Assembly: GCA_028023455.1 (NCBI GenBank)
Contig: JAQFVV010000007.1
Coordinates: 7,936,001 to 8,000,000, forward strand
Direction: 5' to 3'
DNA: 64,000 nucleotides
Source: Epiperipatus broadwayi
Taxonomy: Eukaryota > Animalia > Onychophora
Position numbers and translations under genes: made by a program. How positions within the stretch are numbered: position 1 is the stretch's first letter; each line of letters begins with the position of its first letter. The notes beneath the pieces are model-generated. The model did not search any database, had not been told where the DNA came from, and was given only the letters and a program-made list of their open reading frames with translations. Positions 51,903 through 64,000 of this stretch are shown in pieces.

Positions 51903-53063
51903 GTACAATCAATGTAATATATAGGGTTCTTTGAGCTAGGACTTTCTAACGACCCTTAGCTCTTCACTCTATCTCATACCAAAAATATACTTGACCACCT
52001 ATATTACAAAAGCAAAAGAAAAGTGTTTCATTTAATACAAAAAGTAATCCAAAGTTTATTTTGATAACGTACTACCAAATGTAGTAATTACACTGAGGCA
52101 AAACTCTCTGCACAGTAGGAAGACTGGTGCTCAAGTGATGGTTAGTGATTTAAAGGTAGTAATATTAAAATAATTTTTCTGGATTAAAATTCTTACAATA
52201 TTTTGCATGTGGTAAAAATTATGATCATCATAATGCAAAATTTAGTTACAGTAATTGTGAGTTATTTTATAAAAAAAAAAAAAGATTTGGCATATTATGC
52301 AAATGATAATCAACTTTATATGATCAAAAAATACTAAATCTAAGTTAAAATATTGTTTCAGACATTATCAAGCAAATGGAATCATTGCTGCAAGCTTATA
52401 AAAATGCAGCACCAACAAAAATATATATAAATTTCATTTAGCATAAAAATAAATTTTGATCAAATATACACTTAATTTTAAATCATGCACTGTATACATA
52501 TTGATTTAAATATTCAGTTAAGCAATTTTCAATTAAAACATCTATGAATGCTAATTTCAGCCAAATTAAAATTACTTTTATCATAAAACATATTTCATTA
52601 AAAGAAGAAAAGGAGAGATGATTTAATGCATTATGCACTTAATAATATTTGTATTATGAAAATGTAATACAAATAAACTGACAATTAAGTGACCCATATC
52701 TCTGTCATGACAACATATTATTTGAAAAACTGCTAAATAATTCCAAGAAAATGGCTATTGTGTGTAATAAAATGTCATATCATGCCATAAAAAATACAAC
52801 TAGCATATGGATATATAAAAGTGTTGTTTATTTAGATCTGTATAATACATACTGTAAAGAAAATGTCTTAAATATTTATTATAATGAATTTAGATACATT
52901 TTATTACTTTCTTAATATGTGAGAATTTTTATTTTTTTTCAAAGTTAACTGTGTGATTAGGTTTTTTTTTAAATATACAGTACTGTAATTTTTCTATCCT
53001 TAAACTGATGATAAATAACAAGTCTTTATGGTCAGAACAATAGGTAAATGAATATTATTAAAT

Positions 53064-53337
53064 CAGACAAAACTCTCCATACAGTAGTGCCACTCAGTGC
53101 AAGCCAGAGTAATCAATGGATGCCAGGAAGACTTGTGCACAAAATCCCTATCTAGTGCCTACTTATCCAATATCCCCAGACTAGTTTCTAGCTTGTGGCT
53201 TTCATCAGTGAAGAGCTTTGGATCTGAGAGCACTGCACCTAGATCTGAGTGGCATTACTATATGGAGAGTTTTGCCTGTTGTAATAACAGTTATGAGCAA
53301 GCATAAGAAATGTTGATCATGTGATGTTTAGTGGTTT
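53064..53337 (+). mobile_element. Palindromic hammerhead-bearing insertion with tail and TSD
   Basis: 34-bp arms 53064-53097 / 53245-53278; 59-bp tail; TSD AATATTATTAAAT (53051-53063) / AACATTATTAAAT (53338-53350). Confidence 0.8.
53172..53216 (-). ncRNA. Type I hammerhead motif with palindromic helix III
   Basis: TCTTCA-CTGATGA-AAGC(cacaa)GCTA-GAAA-CTAG-TC-TGGGGA: core intact, GUC cleavage triplet, 6-bp stem I with 2 G.U pairs, ACTAGT palindrome; atypical A.A at 10.1/11.1. Confidence 0.7.
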
Positions 53338-53499
53338 AACATTATTAAATGTTGATTTTTTAATTCTAAATAATTTTTTTTAAATAATATAAGACTATGA
53401 ATTTTTTTTAAAAAAAACTTTAATGTGGATTTTTTTTTTTTGACACAATGAGAAACAATTATGTAGAAGAACACAAAAAATTGTCAACAGCTTATTTTT

Positions 53500-54260
53500 C
53501 ATTTCCCAGTTCATTTTGCTATATATTTGCACAGTGGAGCCATAAAAATTTTTCTAGCAATATTGAAATTGTTTTTAATATATTAATTTTTTTAAAAAAT
53601 TTACAGCTACATCCATTTTCAATTGGAATCATGGCAGCAATTAATACCAACAAACACTACATTACTTTTTCAACCTATGAATCAAAGAATCATAGTGACT
53701 TTCAAGATGGATTAACTTCAACAATTAATACAGTATCTTGCCAAGAGATTGGTTAAGAATATTGATAAGATAATTCCACAACAGACTTCAATGTAAGAAA
53801 AGCTTCTGATTTTATAGGTAATGCATAAACCAAGATTATTAACCTAACTCTTAACCTTATGTGGACAAAGACTTCCAGCAATTCACAACCAGCACTGAAG
53901 TTGAAAAGAAACATACTTCAATCATATGAAAAACAATATTTGACCTACAAGAAAAAGGGATTTACAGAAGTTGATGAGAACAATCTTGAAAAGCATTTGC
54001 AATCACACATGGAAAAATTAACTAACTAGAAATGAATGTAAATAAATGAAGAAAAGAAAACTGACAAATAGAAAAGAACTGATGCATCAAAAACTAAAGG
54101 AAATAAATTTGCATCATGAGGTCATAAACATCATAAAGTCAATTAATGAAATTTTGTGAGATGTTAAAAAAAATCGAAAAAGAAATTAACCACCCATGCA
54201 GAGAAGCACAGATAAACATATACAGAATGAGTTATTTTATTTTAATATTTCTTAAAATGA
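53500..54260 (+). pseudogene. Tigger/pogo transposase remnant (DDE region and C-terminal part)
   Basis: FNILIFLKNLQLHP, PTNTTLLFQPMNQRIIVTFK and GFTEVDENNLEKHLQSHMEKLTN across frames match the Tigger KILL.LDNAP.HP / PNTTSL.QPMDQGII..FK / GF.EVDE.D motifs. Confidence 0.85.
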
Positions 54261-56359
54261 CTTTTACAATTATAAATGAATAACCTAAAGATAAAACAGG
54301 GTAACTTTTGCTTGAGTTGAAATAATAACAGTGTTATATATAATAACGAAATTTTAAATGATTTCTTTGGTCTGAAGTGACAGATATATAAAACGATTTT
54401 ATTTTTGCTTATTAAAGAAAGAAAAAAGACATTTTATATTTAGAGACCTTGATAATTAATTAATCAACAAGTACCTGTCAAACAAAAATTGACTTTATTT
54501 AGTTTGAAAAAAAGAAAAAAAAGAGAACTTATAAACTGCTATCTAATTGTAAATTATATCTATGTTTTGTTTATACACAGTATATGTGTGAAATTTATGT
54601 ATGTTTTTCAAATGGAATTAATTAGGAAAACATAATATTATTATTGTAGCAAATTAAAATAGGACATACATGTAAAATTTTAATCATTTTTTTATTGAAT
54701 ATCAATTAGAATATATTAACTGTATATTATAAATGGTGCTTCTGTGCGCATATATATGTAAATCAATGTAATAACTTGAATTCTGTAGTAATCTTGTAAA
54801 TAGTGGTATGATATCTTTTATTGTTGTCTATTCAAAATCACAAACCTGATTCTGCAGATCTTAATATCATTAATTTTTTTGTTATTAATAAACTTGTATT
54901 TAATTGTTAAAATTGTATTAAATGATAATTTCTTGGTCACATAACAGTAATAGAGCTTGTGTTCTCTGAGCTGGATTCGTGCACAGGGTGAATATATAAA
55001 TGGGGATGTATATTAGTGCTTTTGGGGCATCCAGCGATTATCAATCATCATCATCCTGGTTGGCGCATAAGCTTATATTCTTTAAAGCCCATGCACTATA
55101 TTTTATTTTAGTTTAGTCTTATTAAAAATTTAAGTTTATAGTTGGCCAGTACATTAATGGTACTTAAATGGCCAGAGCATTAATGATGATCAGCATGTTA
55201 TAATGTCCCAGTATTATTGTTTGATTCTTATGTATTCTGATGGATGAGTACTTAAGTGGTGCATCTAAGTTATGTTAAATAATTTCCCAAGCTAGCAAAG
55301 GCTCAATAGTCAACCTGGTCTATAGAAGAACCATTTCCAATCCAGTCACAAGATGGACTGTTGATTTTATTATATTTTATTGTGGATCATTCATGACAAT
55401 GAATGGTATTTTGAATATTATTTATGATATTTACTTATTGATAATGCTGGTGGTTAATTGTGTTTGTAGTTGCTCTTCTGATCTCTCAATGATCTCTCAG
55501 AGATTTTATGATCTCATGTTCCTTTTTAATATTATACTTCTTATAAATTTTATATTAAATCATTTTATTTGAAATATTGTTGACTTGGGAGTGCTGATGA
55601 TTTACCATCACCCAGTTCAAAGTCTTTTTCTTTTCTTCATCCACCACCCCATCCCGTTGCCCTACAGATAGTAAAATTAATGTTTATTTAAACTGTTAGC
55701 AAAGTTTGGGTTCATAATGAGGATATTATGGCTGAAATAAATAAAAAAAATTATAAATCCTAAAAAAACTTAAAATCAGAGATCTAATGCACCTCTACTC
55801 GTAATGAAATTAAAAACGCAATAGTATGTATGTATGTGTGTATATATTTTGATTATTTACAATAATAATAAAAATCGAAAATTGAACCCAACATATCTTT
55901 ATATCTACAACATTGAAAATGTAATCTATTAAAGATTTTCCTTATTTATTTAGTCTCAATAAAGAAAACTTTTCTGCTTGAAATCAATTTGTCTATGCTT
56001 GAGTAGAGATCTGCTCTGTAATTTTTTAAAACATCAAAATAATATTAGTAGGCAACAACTGCACTTACTTATCCAGAAGTTTTAAATTCATTGTCGCTAT
56101 TACACTCAGGTGACTGAGAAAATCAAGTTATTCTACTTTGAAATATTTATGACAGCTATAATTTCACAATTATATATATATATTTAAAAAGTACTAACAA
56201 CGAATCTAATTTCAAGCAGTCTTGCAAAACTTTATGTAAATTAAAACAAAACATTACAATTCCTCAAATTTTAATATGTAAATAAATAGTATAGCAATTT
56301 ATATGACAATGGTAAATAAAAAATGTAACAATATCTGTAATAGTGGAAAAAATTATTCT

Positions 56360-56400
56360 TCACGCATGCGCTAAAATTACCACGTTCTCTCGGCAACAAT
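56360..56400. promoter_or_regulatory. Candidate promoter motifs in a CpG-retaining patch
   Basis: ACGCATGCGC (NRF1/Ewg-like) and GTTCTCTCGGCAAC (RFX X-box-like) about 15 bp apart. Confidence 0.3.
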
Positions 56401-57182
56401 TGTTTTAAAACCATAGTTGGTCCCTCTATGCGTAAAATTCATTATTAAATATATCGAGAATTATTGACATACCTAAATTAGGGTTTGAACTTATTATCAG
56501 TCTAATTTTTAAATCAGCATATACTTGTACAAATTCTGTTTATACGTCACAGGAAAAAGATTCTCATTTTTAACTAACTATCTATGACACAGAATCCTAT
56601 TAGTTTATGTAGATGCAGTAATTAATAATATAACGATTTATATATTTGTAATACTGTAATATATAAACTGGATTTGTATAAATAATATGTAGATTTAAAA
56701 ATCAGGCTCATAATAAGATCAAGGTTGATTTACTTAAAGAATAAACTCTGACCATAGGTGTATGTTTTGAAAGCAATGGTTGATGGAAAAGTGCGGATCA
56801 ATTTTAGCAGATGTGTAAAGAATAATTTCTTCCACAATATTACAGATATATAAGTCACTATACTATACATTATTACATCTATATAAACTAATAAAATTCA
56901 GTCTCTTAGATAGTTGAAAATAAAAAACTTTCTCTTCCCAGTGATATATATATAAACTGAAATAGTATAAGTAATATTAAAATTTAAAAATCAGGCCCAT
57001 AAGAAGTTGAAACTTTAATTTAGACATACTGTATATATATATATTTAATGAATAAGCCCATCTCTCTTCTATATATTTAAATGGATAAGATCCTATACAT
57101 GTGGGGTCAGAGTGACTTGAGGTCAACATGGGCATAACAATAATATTGGCATTAGGATAGGATTTGGGCATTCTATCACCAG

Positions 57183-57460
57183 ATTTTCAATGGTATGGAT
57201 GGCTGAAGAGTTGGAGGTTGGAGTTGTTGAAGCCTGTCCATTAAAGTATGAAGATTTACTATCTTACTATAAGCTGAGCACTGGTTATATGTATGTGTGG
57301 AGATGATGATCTGGACCAACTGATGAGTGCTAGTTCAGCATTAAATATATATATATATATTGGTCGTTATTTATCTTTTGTACATGTGTGTAGTCATGTG
57401 TATCAGTTGTATGAGGTAGTGTGGATAGTTGAAGTATGTTTGAAAGTCTGTGTTCAAATC
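57183..57460 (+). repeat. Dispersed repeat ending in a tRNA-like/B-box segment (copy B)
   Basis: Homologous to 2888-3170. Confidence 0.7.
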
Positions 57461-57761
57461 TATATTTTAATGAATAATCTCTAACCATAGCTGGTTTACC
57501 TATGTTGTTGTTGTTTTTTAAAGTAATTATTGATGGAAGAGTGTGCATAAATTATAACACATGGGTGAAGAATTGTTCCTTCCACAATCTTACAGATAAT
57601 ATATAAATAACAAAATTTATTTATTTAGTATATGAAGTTTGACATCTTAGTTATTATCAAATTGTCATAAAAACCTGAAGATATTCCAGTCAGAAGATAA
57701 AATCTTTATTGAGTCCTTTAAATCTCTACTACAGTAGTCATAGATTTAATGGTACTTAATT

Positions 57762-58700
57762 ATGTGGTCCAGGGATTGTATTCGATCACATTTACATAGA
57801 TCAATGCTGATAGATTTTATTTACAAAGCAGATGAGAGCAACACCTATGTTGATGACATTCAAGTTACATCTAGAATAAATGACCTTGCTTTATTGCTGG
57901 TTCTGAAAAATTTAATTTATTTAGAACATCATAAAGAAATCTGATTTGTAATACTATAATTCCTTGATTATAGATTCTTAGTTAAATAACCAAAAAGAGG
58001 GGATCTTGATTTGAGATGAGTTTTGGACAGTGACAATTCTGATCAAAAACAGCTTACTATACATTTTCTATAGAGTAACTTTGCTTCTGATATCTGACAA
58101 AGGGATACGTGAAAAACCAAGAAGCCACTGAAAAAAAATAGACAAAAGTATACCAGTAATATTTTTCATAGTAATATTTAATTAAGTATTCAGAAGTTGA
58201 CTGTGGAACTGTTCACCAACAGAATATGTCAACTCTAAGCAAGCTGTCAATAATGTCTTTTTGTCACAAGCCCAAGTAGTTTCCACTAGCTTTCCAAGAA
58301 GATTATTCACATAAATTAGTTTGGATGTAAAATAAGAAAAATAAATTAAACTATGAACCAAGAGCATGGGTTTTATGATTGTGCTTCAATCTAACATTGC
58401 AAAAGGTTATTCTTAAATTATGAGATGTTAAATTGAGCAAACTATCTTAATTGTGTTAGGAATAAGAGCCCAATCTTTAAGAAAATTTTGTAATCTTTCA
58501 ATATTCTTACTGTGAGATTCATATATTTCAGGAAATCATCTCTTTTGAGAAATTGAAGTAGTTTAAATGGATTTTCTGCATTGTTTTGGAAAGATCAATG
58601 GCAAATATTTTCAATAAAGTAGATTATAAAATTTAATTCTGAGAATGACCACATTATCCCTTAATATCAGTTGAGGTTTTCTATTTGGAAACATTTAGAA
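57762..58700 (+). pseudogene. Decayed BEL/Pao-like pol remnant
   Basis: NTYVDD RT motif, then LDLR*..DSD (cf. LGLRW..DSD) and EHGFYDCAS (cf. LHGF.DAS RNase H) in the expected order; many stops. Confidence 0.45.
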
Positions 58701-61149
58701 GAAGAACATTTTTCTCAAAAAGAATCATAAGCTGAGATTAAATATAAAGCTCATGGCAGTTTTTAGTGTATTTTGAACATTTATTGCATTGTCAGATATA
58801 AGAGATAAAGCTTGTTTAAAACAGTAAATATTATTTACACTGTTATAATCCATGGCTATTATAATAGTAAGTCATACAAATATGCATATACGATTAGAAA
58901 AATATATTTTTTATTATAGTACAGAATGATCATTCAATTATGGTAGACTTGAATAATAGAGAATTTGAAAATTTAATATTTCTTGTGATAAATTCCTAAT
59001 TAATAATAATAAAAATAAAAATGATAGAGAATTTACTTCCCTAAAGTGACCAGAGATGTCATAAAAGATATTTACAGATTAATATCAACAAGTTTTGAGA
59101 CTCTAGTTTGATTATATTCTCATGTATGCATGGTTATACCTATGTACAACAGTTGTGCATATGCTGTCTTATGCGTATGATAAAATCTACAGATATTAAC
59201 GAATCATATATAATACCAATTTTTTGCCCGCATATATATAACATAGATGTTTTTAATATATATACAGTATGTATACATAAATCCATAATAAATTTTATTA
59301 CTAAATAAATTAGTACTATATACATATAAAAATAATAAACAATTTCAAACAATATAGCTAAATGAATAGCGTCGCAATCTGTGAAACAAGTATTCCACAG
59401 TCTGCTACTTTACCACATCATCAAAACATGAAGGCGTTATATCAGTGGTGTATTAAAAACAGATATCTGTATTTTATTTTATCTCAAAAAATATTTTAAG
59501 ATGAAATATTTTCTTTTTAATTTCGATTTAAAATTTTAAAGTGTAAAATGAATATAAATAATATTGCAAAAAAGCTTATTTATAAACTTAACCATGAAGA
59601 AAATTTATATAAAATCTGCAATTTTTAATATTAATTTTGAAAACAAATGTTCTACTTACTTTTTCATTTACATATATTTTTTTATATACTTTTAAGTTAA
59701 TTAAATTGCTGCTATTAATAAAAAAGAAAACTGAAAATATTTCCACTTTTTAAAATATTGTGAATTTTCAGTTAAATATAACTAGCAACTGTAAATTTAT
59801 CTTAATATATCTATATATAAGTAGATCTATAGATGTTTCCATTTTTCATACACGGTATCTTCACTGCCAATTTAATAATGTGTCTAACAGGTTTCTCTGG
59901 ATGTAATTTCTGAGAGATTATTGACTTCATTTAAGGAGAAGCTACAGTACATCACATCACATCTAAGAGAAGTCCTTTATATTGCACTGCACAACAACAA
60001 AAACACAACACTCATTTAATTTAATTTTTATATCAATAGTTTGTCTTTCTTAATTGTAAGCCCTAAACATAAATAATCAACAAATAGATCAGAATTCCAA
60101 CAGATACCAGAATAGTTTCAGACTAATGGATTTTCTATGGTGTAAAACTAATTCACATTATATACAACCAAACAACATTTTCTACCAATTGATTACATAT
60201 GATTATACAGTTGTCTTGGAATACAATGGTCAAGTATTTAATAATATTTATAATAAATAATACAGTGAATAGTCGGGGTAATCAAATCACATGCATTTAT
60301 ATAAGTTATTTATATGTTAAAAATTAAAAAAAGTACAGGTAATTATGTATTTTTCAATCATCAGCTTCTTGTCAGCCATTTTAAGTTATAAAAATAATTA
60401 TACAGTTTCATGGCCTACAACTGGAAATACATAAGTATTAATATTTGTTTATTTTTGTTTTAATTATAATATTTCATTTAACCGTATCCCTACATTTAAT
60501 GTAACCCTAACCCTTTTGATAATTTTTTCCTTTTTAAATAATAAAAAAAAGTGTAAATATTATAATTAAAACAAAATAAAAATAAACAAATATTTTTTTC
60601 TTTTGGTACCAGTTGTAGATTCATGAAATTGTATAATTATTTTTATAACTTAAACCAAAATGGTTGACAAGAAACAGTTGAACAGAAAATATATAAATAT
60701 CAAATTATATATATATATATTAAAAAAATATTACAAAATTCTATCTCATAAAAAATTAATATTGTAATATATTGTTATTTATATTTTTAAGAAAACTGTT
60801 AGTCAATTGAAATTAAGAGTTAAACAATAAAACAATTGATAAAAGATGTTAAAATAGTGTACACTGTATTTTAAAGATATGCTGTAGTCTGAATCCAAAC
60901 CAATTCCAGGATGTGTTGCATTTATAAAAATTATGAATACTGGACAATCCAATAAATAAATTATACTTCCACTAGAACTTTACATGTATAATTCTCTTTG
61001 TGATTAACCACTATAGAATGAGTATTATTATGTTATTTTCTCTAAAATAACATATCAATCCAACAACAATACCACAAGAGTTTCTCATGTTTCCACTAAA
61101 AACTTGAATAATTCAATGGATATCAGGTGTTTTATAATTCTATATCTCC

Positions 61150-61870
61150 TTCCCTAGTCCATTACTATCATTATTATCCATATTGTTTTATATGGATAAT
61201 AATATTATTAATTGGCACTCTAATACAGATAAAAAATATAAAACTAATATCATAATTTCTAGAATTCATGGAACTATAAATGCATGCTCAAATAAGAATT
61301 ATTATAATAGACAAATAAAGTTAATAAAGGAGAAACTTTTAAATAATAATTACACAATTAAATTTATAAATAATATGAAGTTGATAAAAAATAAATTTGT
61401 TTGTAATAATAATGAAGATAAACATTTTAATAATAAGAAAATTAATTATATAGGGTAAATCTTGAAATAAAAATGTAATTAAAAATATATAAATTAAATT
61501 ATAAATAAATCAATAAAGAATTTAATAATGTAATAACTTAAAAATAATAAAGAAAAAACATAAATAACATATTAGTCAACAAATACATTAAAAAGTATAA
61601 CAAAAAATCAAGATAATGGTATAAATGAAGTGTATGAAATTAAATGGCAGGAAAGGCCAAGTTAATAATATTAAAATTAATTATGTTGAAGAAATAAAAA
61701 ATTCAATATATAGAAGATTAACACAACATAAATATAATAAAAATATCGGTTTACTTGAATTCAATGGAAACAGGACATGTATTTGAGTTGGATAATATTA
61801 GATTGATTTAATATGCAAATAACAAAAGAGAAACAAAAGTAAAAAAACTAATATTATAAATAGAATTAAA
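61150..61870 (+). pseudogene. Decayed Penelope-like element: RT thumb + GIY-YIG endonuclease
   Basis: IINWHSN...YKTNIIISRI...ACSN...IKLIKEKLLNNNYTIKFI (61183-61458), then EVYEIK (~61628), NYVEEIKNSIYRRLTQHK (~61679) and TGHVFELDNIRL (~61770) in PLE order. Confidence 0.7.
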
Positions 61871-62784
61871 ACTCCATTAAATAAATAATTTGCTTTAAAA
61901 ACTGTCTTAATATAAATAACATTGAGATAATTTTAAACAATATTATAGAAATGTAAAATAATGTATAAAAAATAAAAAGAGAGACCTAGTATACAACAGA
62001 AAATCCCTCATCCTTTTAAAATTCAAATTTGTGGCAGTTGAAAAAATGAATAAGAAGATTGGTACTAATATTGATTAGACAAGAATTCAAAACAGATTAA
62101 TAAAAACATTTTATGATATAAATAATTTATAAGATTAGTTAATAAGTTTAATAATCAATATTGAACTTAAATTTAAAGTTCATGCATTCATATTTATATT
62201 AATATATTACTTTATTATTTATATTAATAATAAAAAACAAACAAATAATAAATATGTTTTAAGTTAGTTATATTTTTGTAATATTAATAATATTAATTAA
62301 TATCAGAAAAAATAAATATTTTATAAAATAATATCTTACTGCTTTGACATTTTAAGATACAAATGTAATATAGAATTTGAATATATATATATCAAACCCT
62401 ATATTACATTTATATATATTGTGGTCATGTGCTATTACACACTGTCTTTGCTGAGTACTTCAGCAAGTGAATTTATGCTATTCTAATAAAAAAAATGAAA
62501 TCAAAATAATAAAGAAAGAAAGAGAAAGAAAATAATAACATTTCTTGTGTAAATTGTTATTTAACTCTTAGGCATTAATATTTTACTTTATTTAGTTCAT
62601 TATGAGTATACAACAGATAATATCTAATATATTAAAAGTTGTTACAAAGATATAATTCTGATATTAAAAGATGTATGCTTTAGGTTAAAAGTATTTATGT
62701 ATGCTTTAGAAAGAAAGAAAACTAGACAAAGTTAATTTTATAACTAAAGTTTAAAAATAATAATAGATAATTCATGAGTATTAA

Positions 62785-63552
62785 CCCTTAAACTGCTAAT
62801 TATATTATTGGTTGTATGAGGTAAAAATCAAATCTTTTAATTGGCCAACTCACAAACTGAAGACAAAGCCTATTGTTAAAACATATTCACCTATAATATT
62901 AAATTCAACTCAGATACGTTTATAAAAAGTATATTACTAATTTTTCAGGTTATGAAAAAGAACAAAAGTTCTTTCAAAAATAAATTGCTATTTATTTATT
63001 ATAAAATATATTCAATTTCGGCAAATATAAAGCGAATGTCTAAACAAAAAAGTGCTGACACAAATGCTTTTTTTCAATTTTACGTTATTGAAAAGTAAAT
63101 ATTTCTTTTTGCTAAATCTTAAATAGTTTTACTAAAATCTTCAATATTTTTCGAAAATAATTTTGTTTTTTTAGTATATTTTTTAAAAAACTATTTTAAT
63201 TTCTCATTTTATATTTTTTTAATACTTAAATTACATTCGAAATGAAAATCTCAGCATTTTTCTTTATTTTCTTTGATCAGGCGGTTTCTTTGTTCTTTCC
63301 AGCCAATCAGAATGTCTTTTTTGGCTGAAAGCTGGATGACAGCCAATCACCAACAAGGTTCTTCTTTGTTTAGTTTTAAATGCGTTTTTTTTTTATTTTT
63401 TACTTGTAAAATAATTCGGAAGAGGGCACCATCTTACAGAACTTTTAAAAACCTAATCAATACCTGTCAAACGAATATTCTAGCATTAGAACTAGCAGAG
63501 TTAGAGTGACGTCAGATGTCGACGAGAAGCCTCGTAAGAGGCGGTGTATGGG
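62785..63552 (+). mobile_element. piggyBac-type non-autonomous element (MITE), copy 2
   Basis: TTAA|CCCTTAAACTGC ... GCGGTGTATGGG|TTAA (TTAA at 62781-62784 and 63553-63556); 768 bp, no ORF; contains two CCAAT boxes and TGACGTCA. Confidence 0.88.
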
Positions 63553-64000
63553 TTAAAATACAATTATTTAATTGTCTTAGAGATTAATAATCTGGTAAGT
63601 TCTTTTATTTGGTATATTTTTTTTTAAAAAGGTATCTCTAATTAAACTTAGTTGATTTGTTTAAATAATATTAAATTGTTTAAAGAAATAAGTTAATTAT
63701 TATGATAGATTTAATTTAGAAAAACTTAATTCCCTGCATACATGCCAAGATATTTAACTTTTAGTCATTAAAAATAAATATTATTTAAACTTGGTAATAA
63801 AAGGGTTAAAAATTTAAATAAAAATTTCTGATAAACTTAAATAAAAGAAAAGGTGATAATTTGTTTTAAAAAGAATAAAAGGTATTTATAACATAATCAA
63901 GCTTGGCCGCTTGATAGCGTTCTGGCTCACCAAAACACCTAAAAATGCCTTTTACGAGGCCTGACTTACGGCTATAGAAAACATCTATGTTTATCTTAGC

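Noticed and set aside
51685-51924. ORFs with YIYIYI runs (both strands)
   Set aside because: Artefact of the (TA)n microsatellite.
60522-60533. TAACCCTAACCC telomere-like motif
   Set aside because: Only two units; expected by chance.
814-63509. Remaining short ORFs in the six-frame track as host genes
   Set aside because: Low-complexity I/F/Y/N/K-rich translations typical of AT-rich non-coding DNA, or overlaps with repeats; no consistent exon chain could be built.

Overview
Very AT-rich (roughly 25-30% GC by eye) eukaryotic, probably invertebrate, DNA. I could not support any intact host protein-coding gene; the window reads as an intergenic or intronic transposon graveyard. Recognisable elements: two inverted copies of a piggyBac-type MITE near the window ends, Tigger/pogo and mariner remnants, a hAT MITE with an 8-bp TSD, several RTE LINE fragments, a 5'-truncated L1/Tx1 LINE with a 16-bp TSD, a BEL/Pao pol remnant, a decayed Penelope-like (RT thumb + GIY-YIG) remnant, tRNA-derived SINEs and a divergent tRNA-Gly(TCC). 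The main observation is a recurring insertion architecture seen about 7 times across several unrelated sequence families: a head-to-head palindrome, an unpaired ~30-90 bp tail on one side, and an 8-15 bp target-site duplication. Most carry type I hammerhead ribozyme motifs pointing outward from the palindrome centre. They include a four-hammerhead element built of 64-70 nt units and a tRNA-headed (Pol III) SINE fused to a hammerhead. I infer a set of non-autonomous ribozyme-bearing retroelements mobilised by Penelope-like machinery. All alignments, foldings and counts were done by eye.
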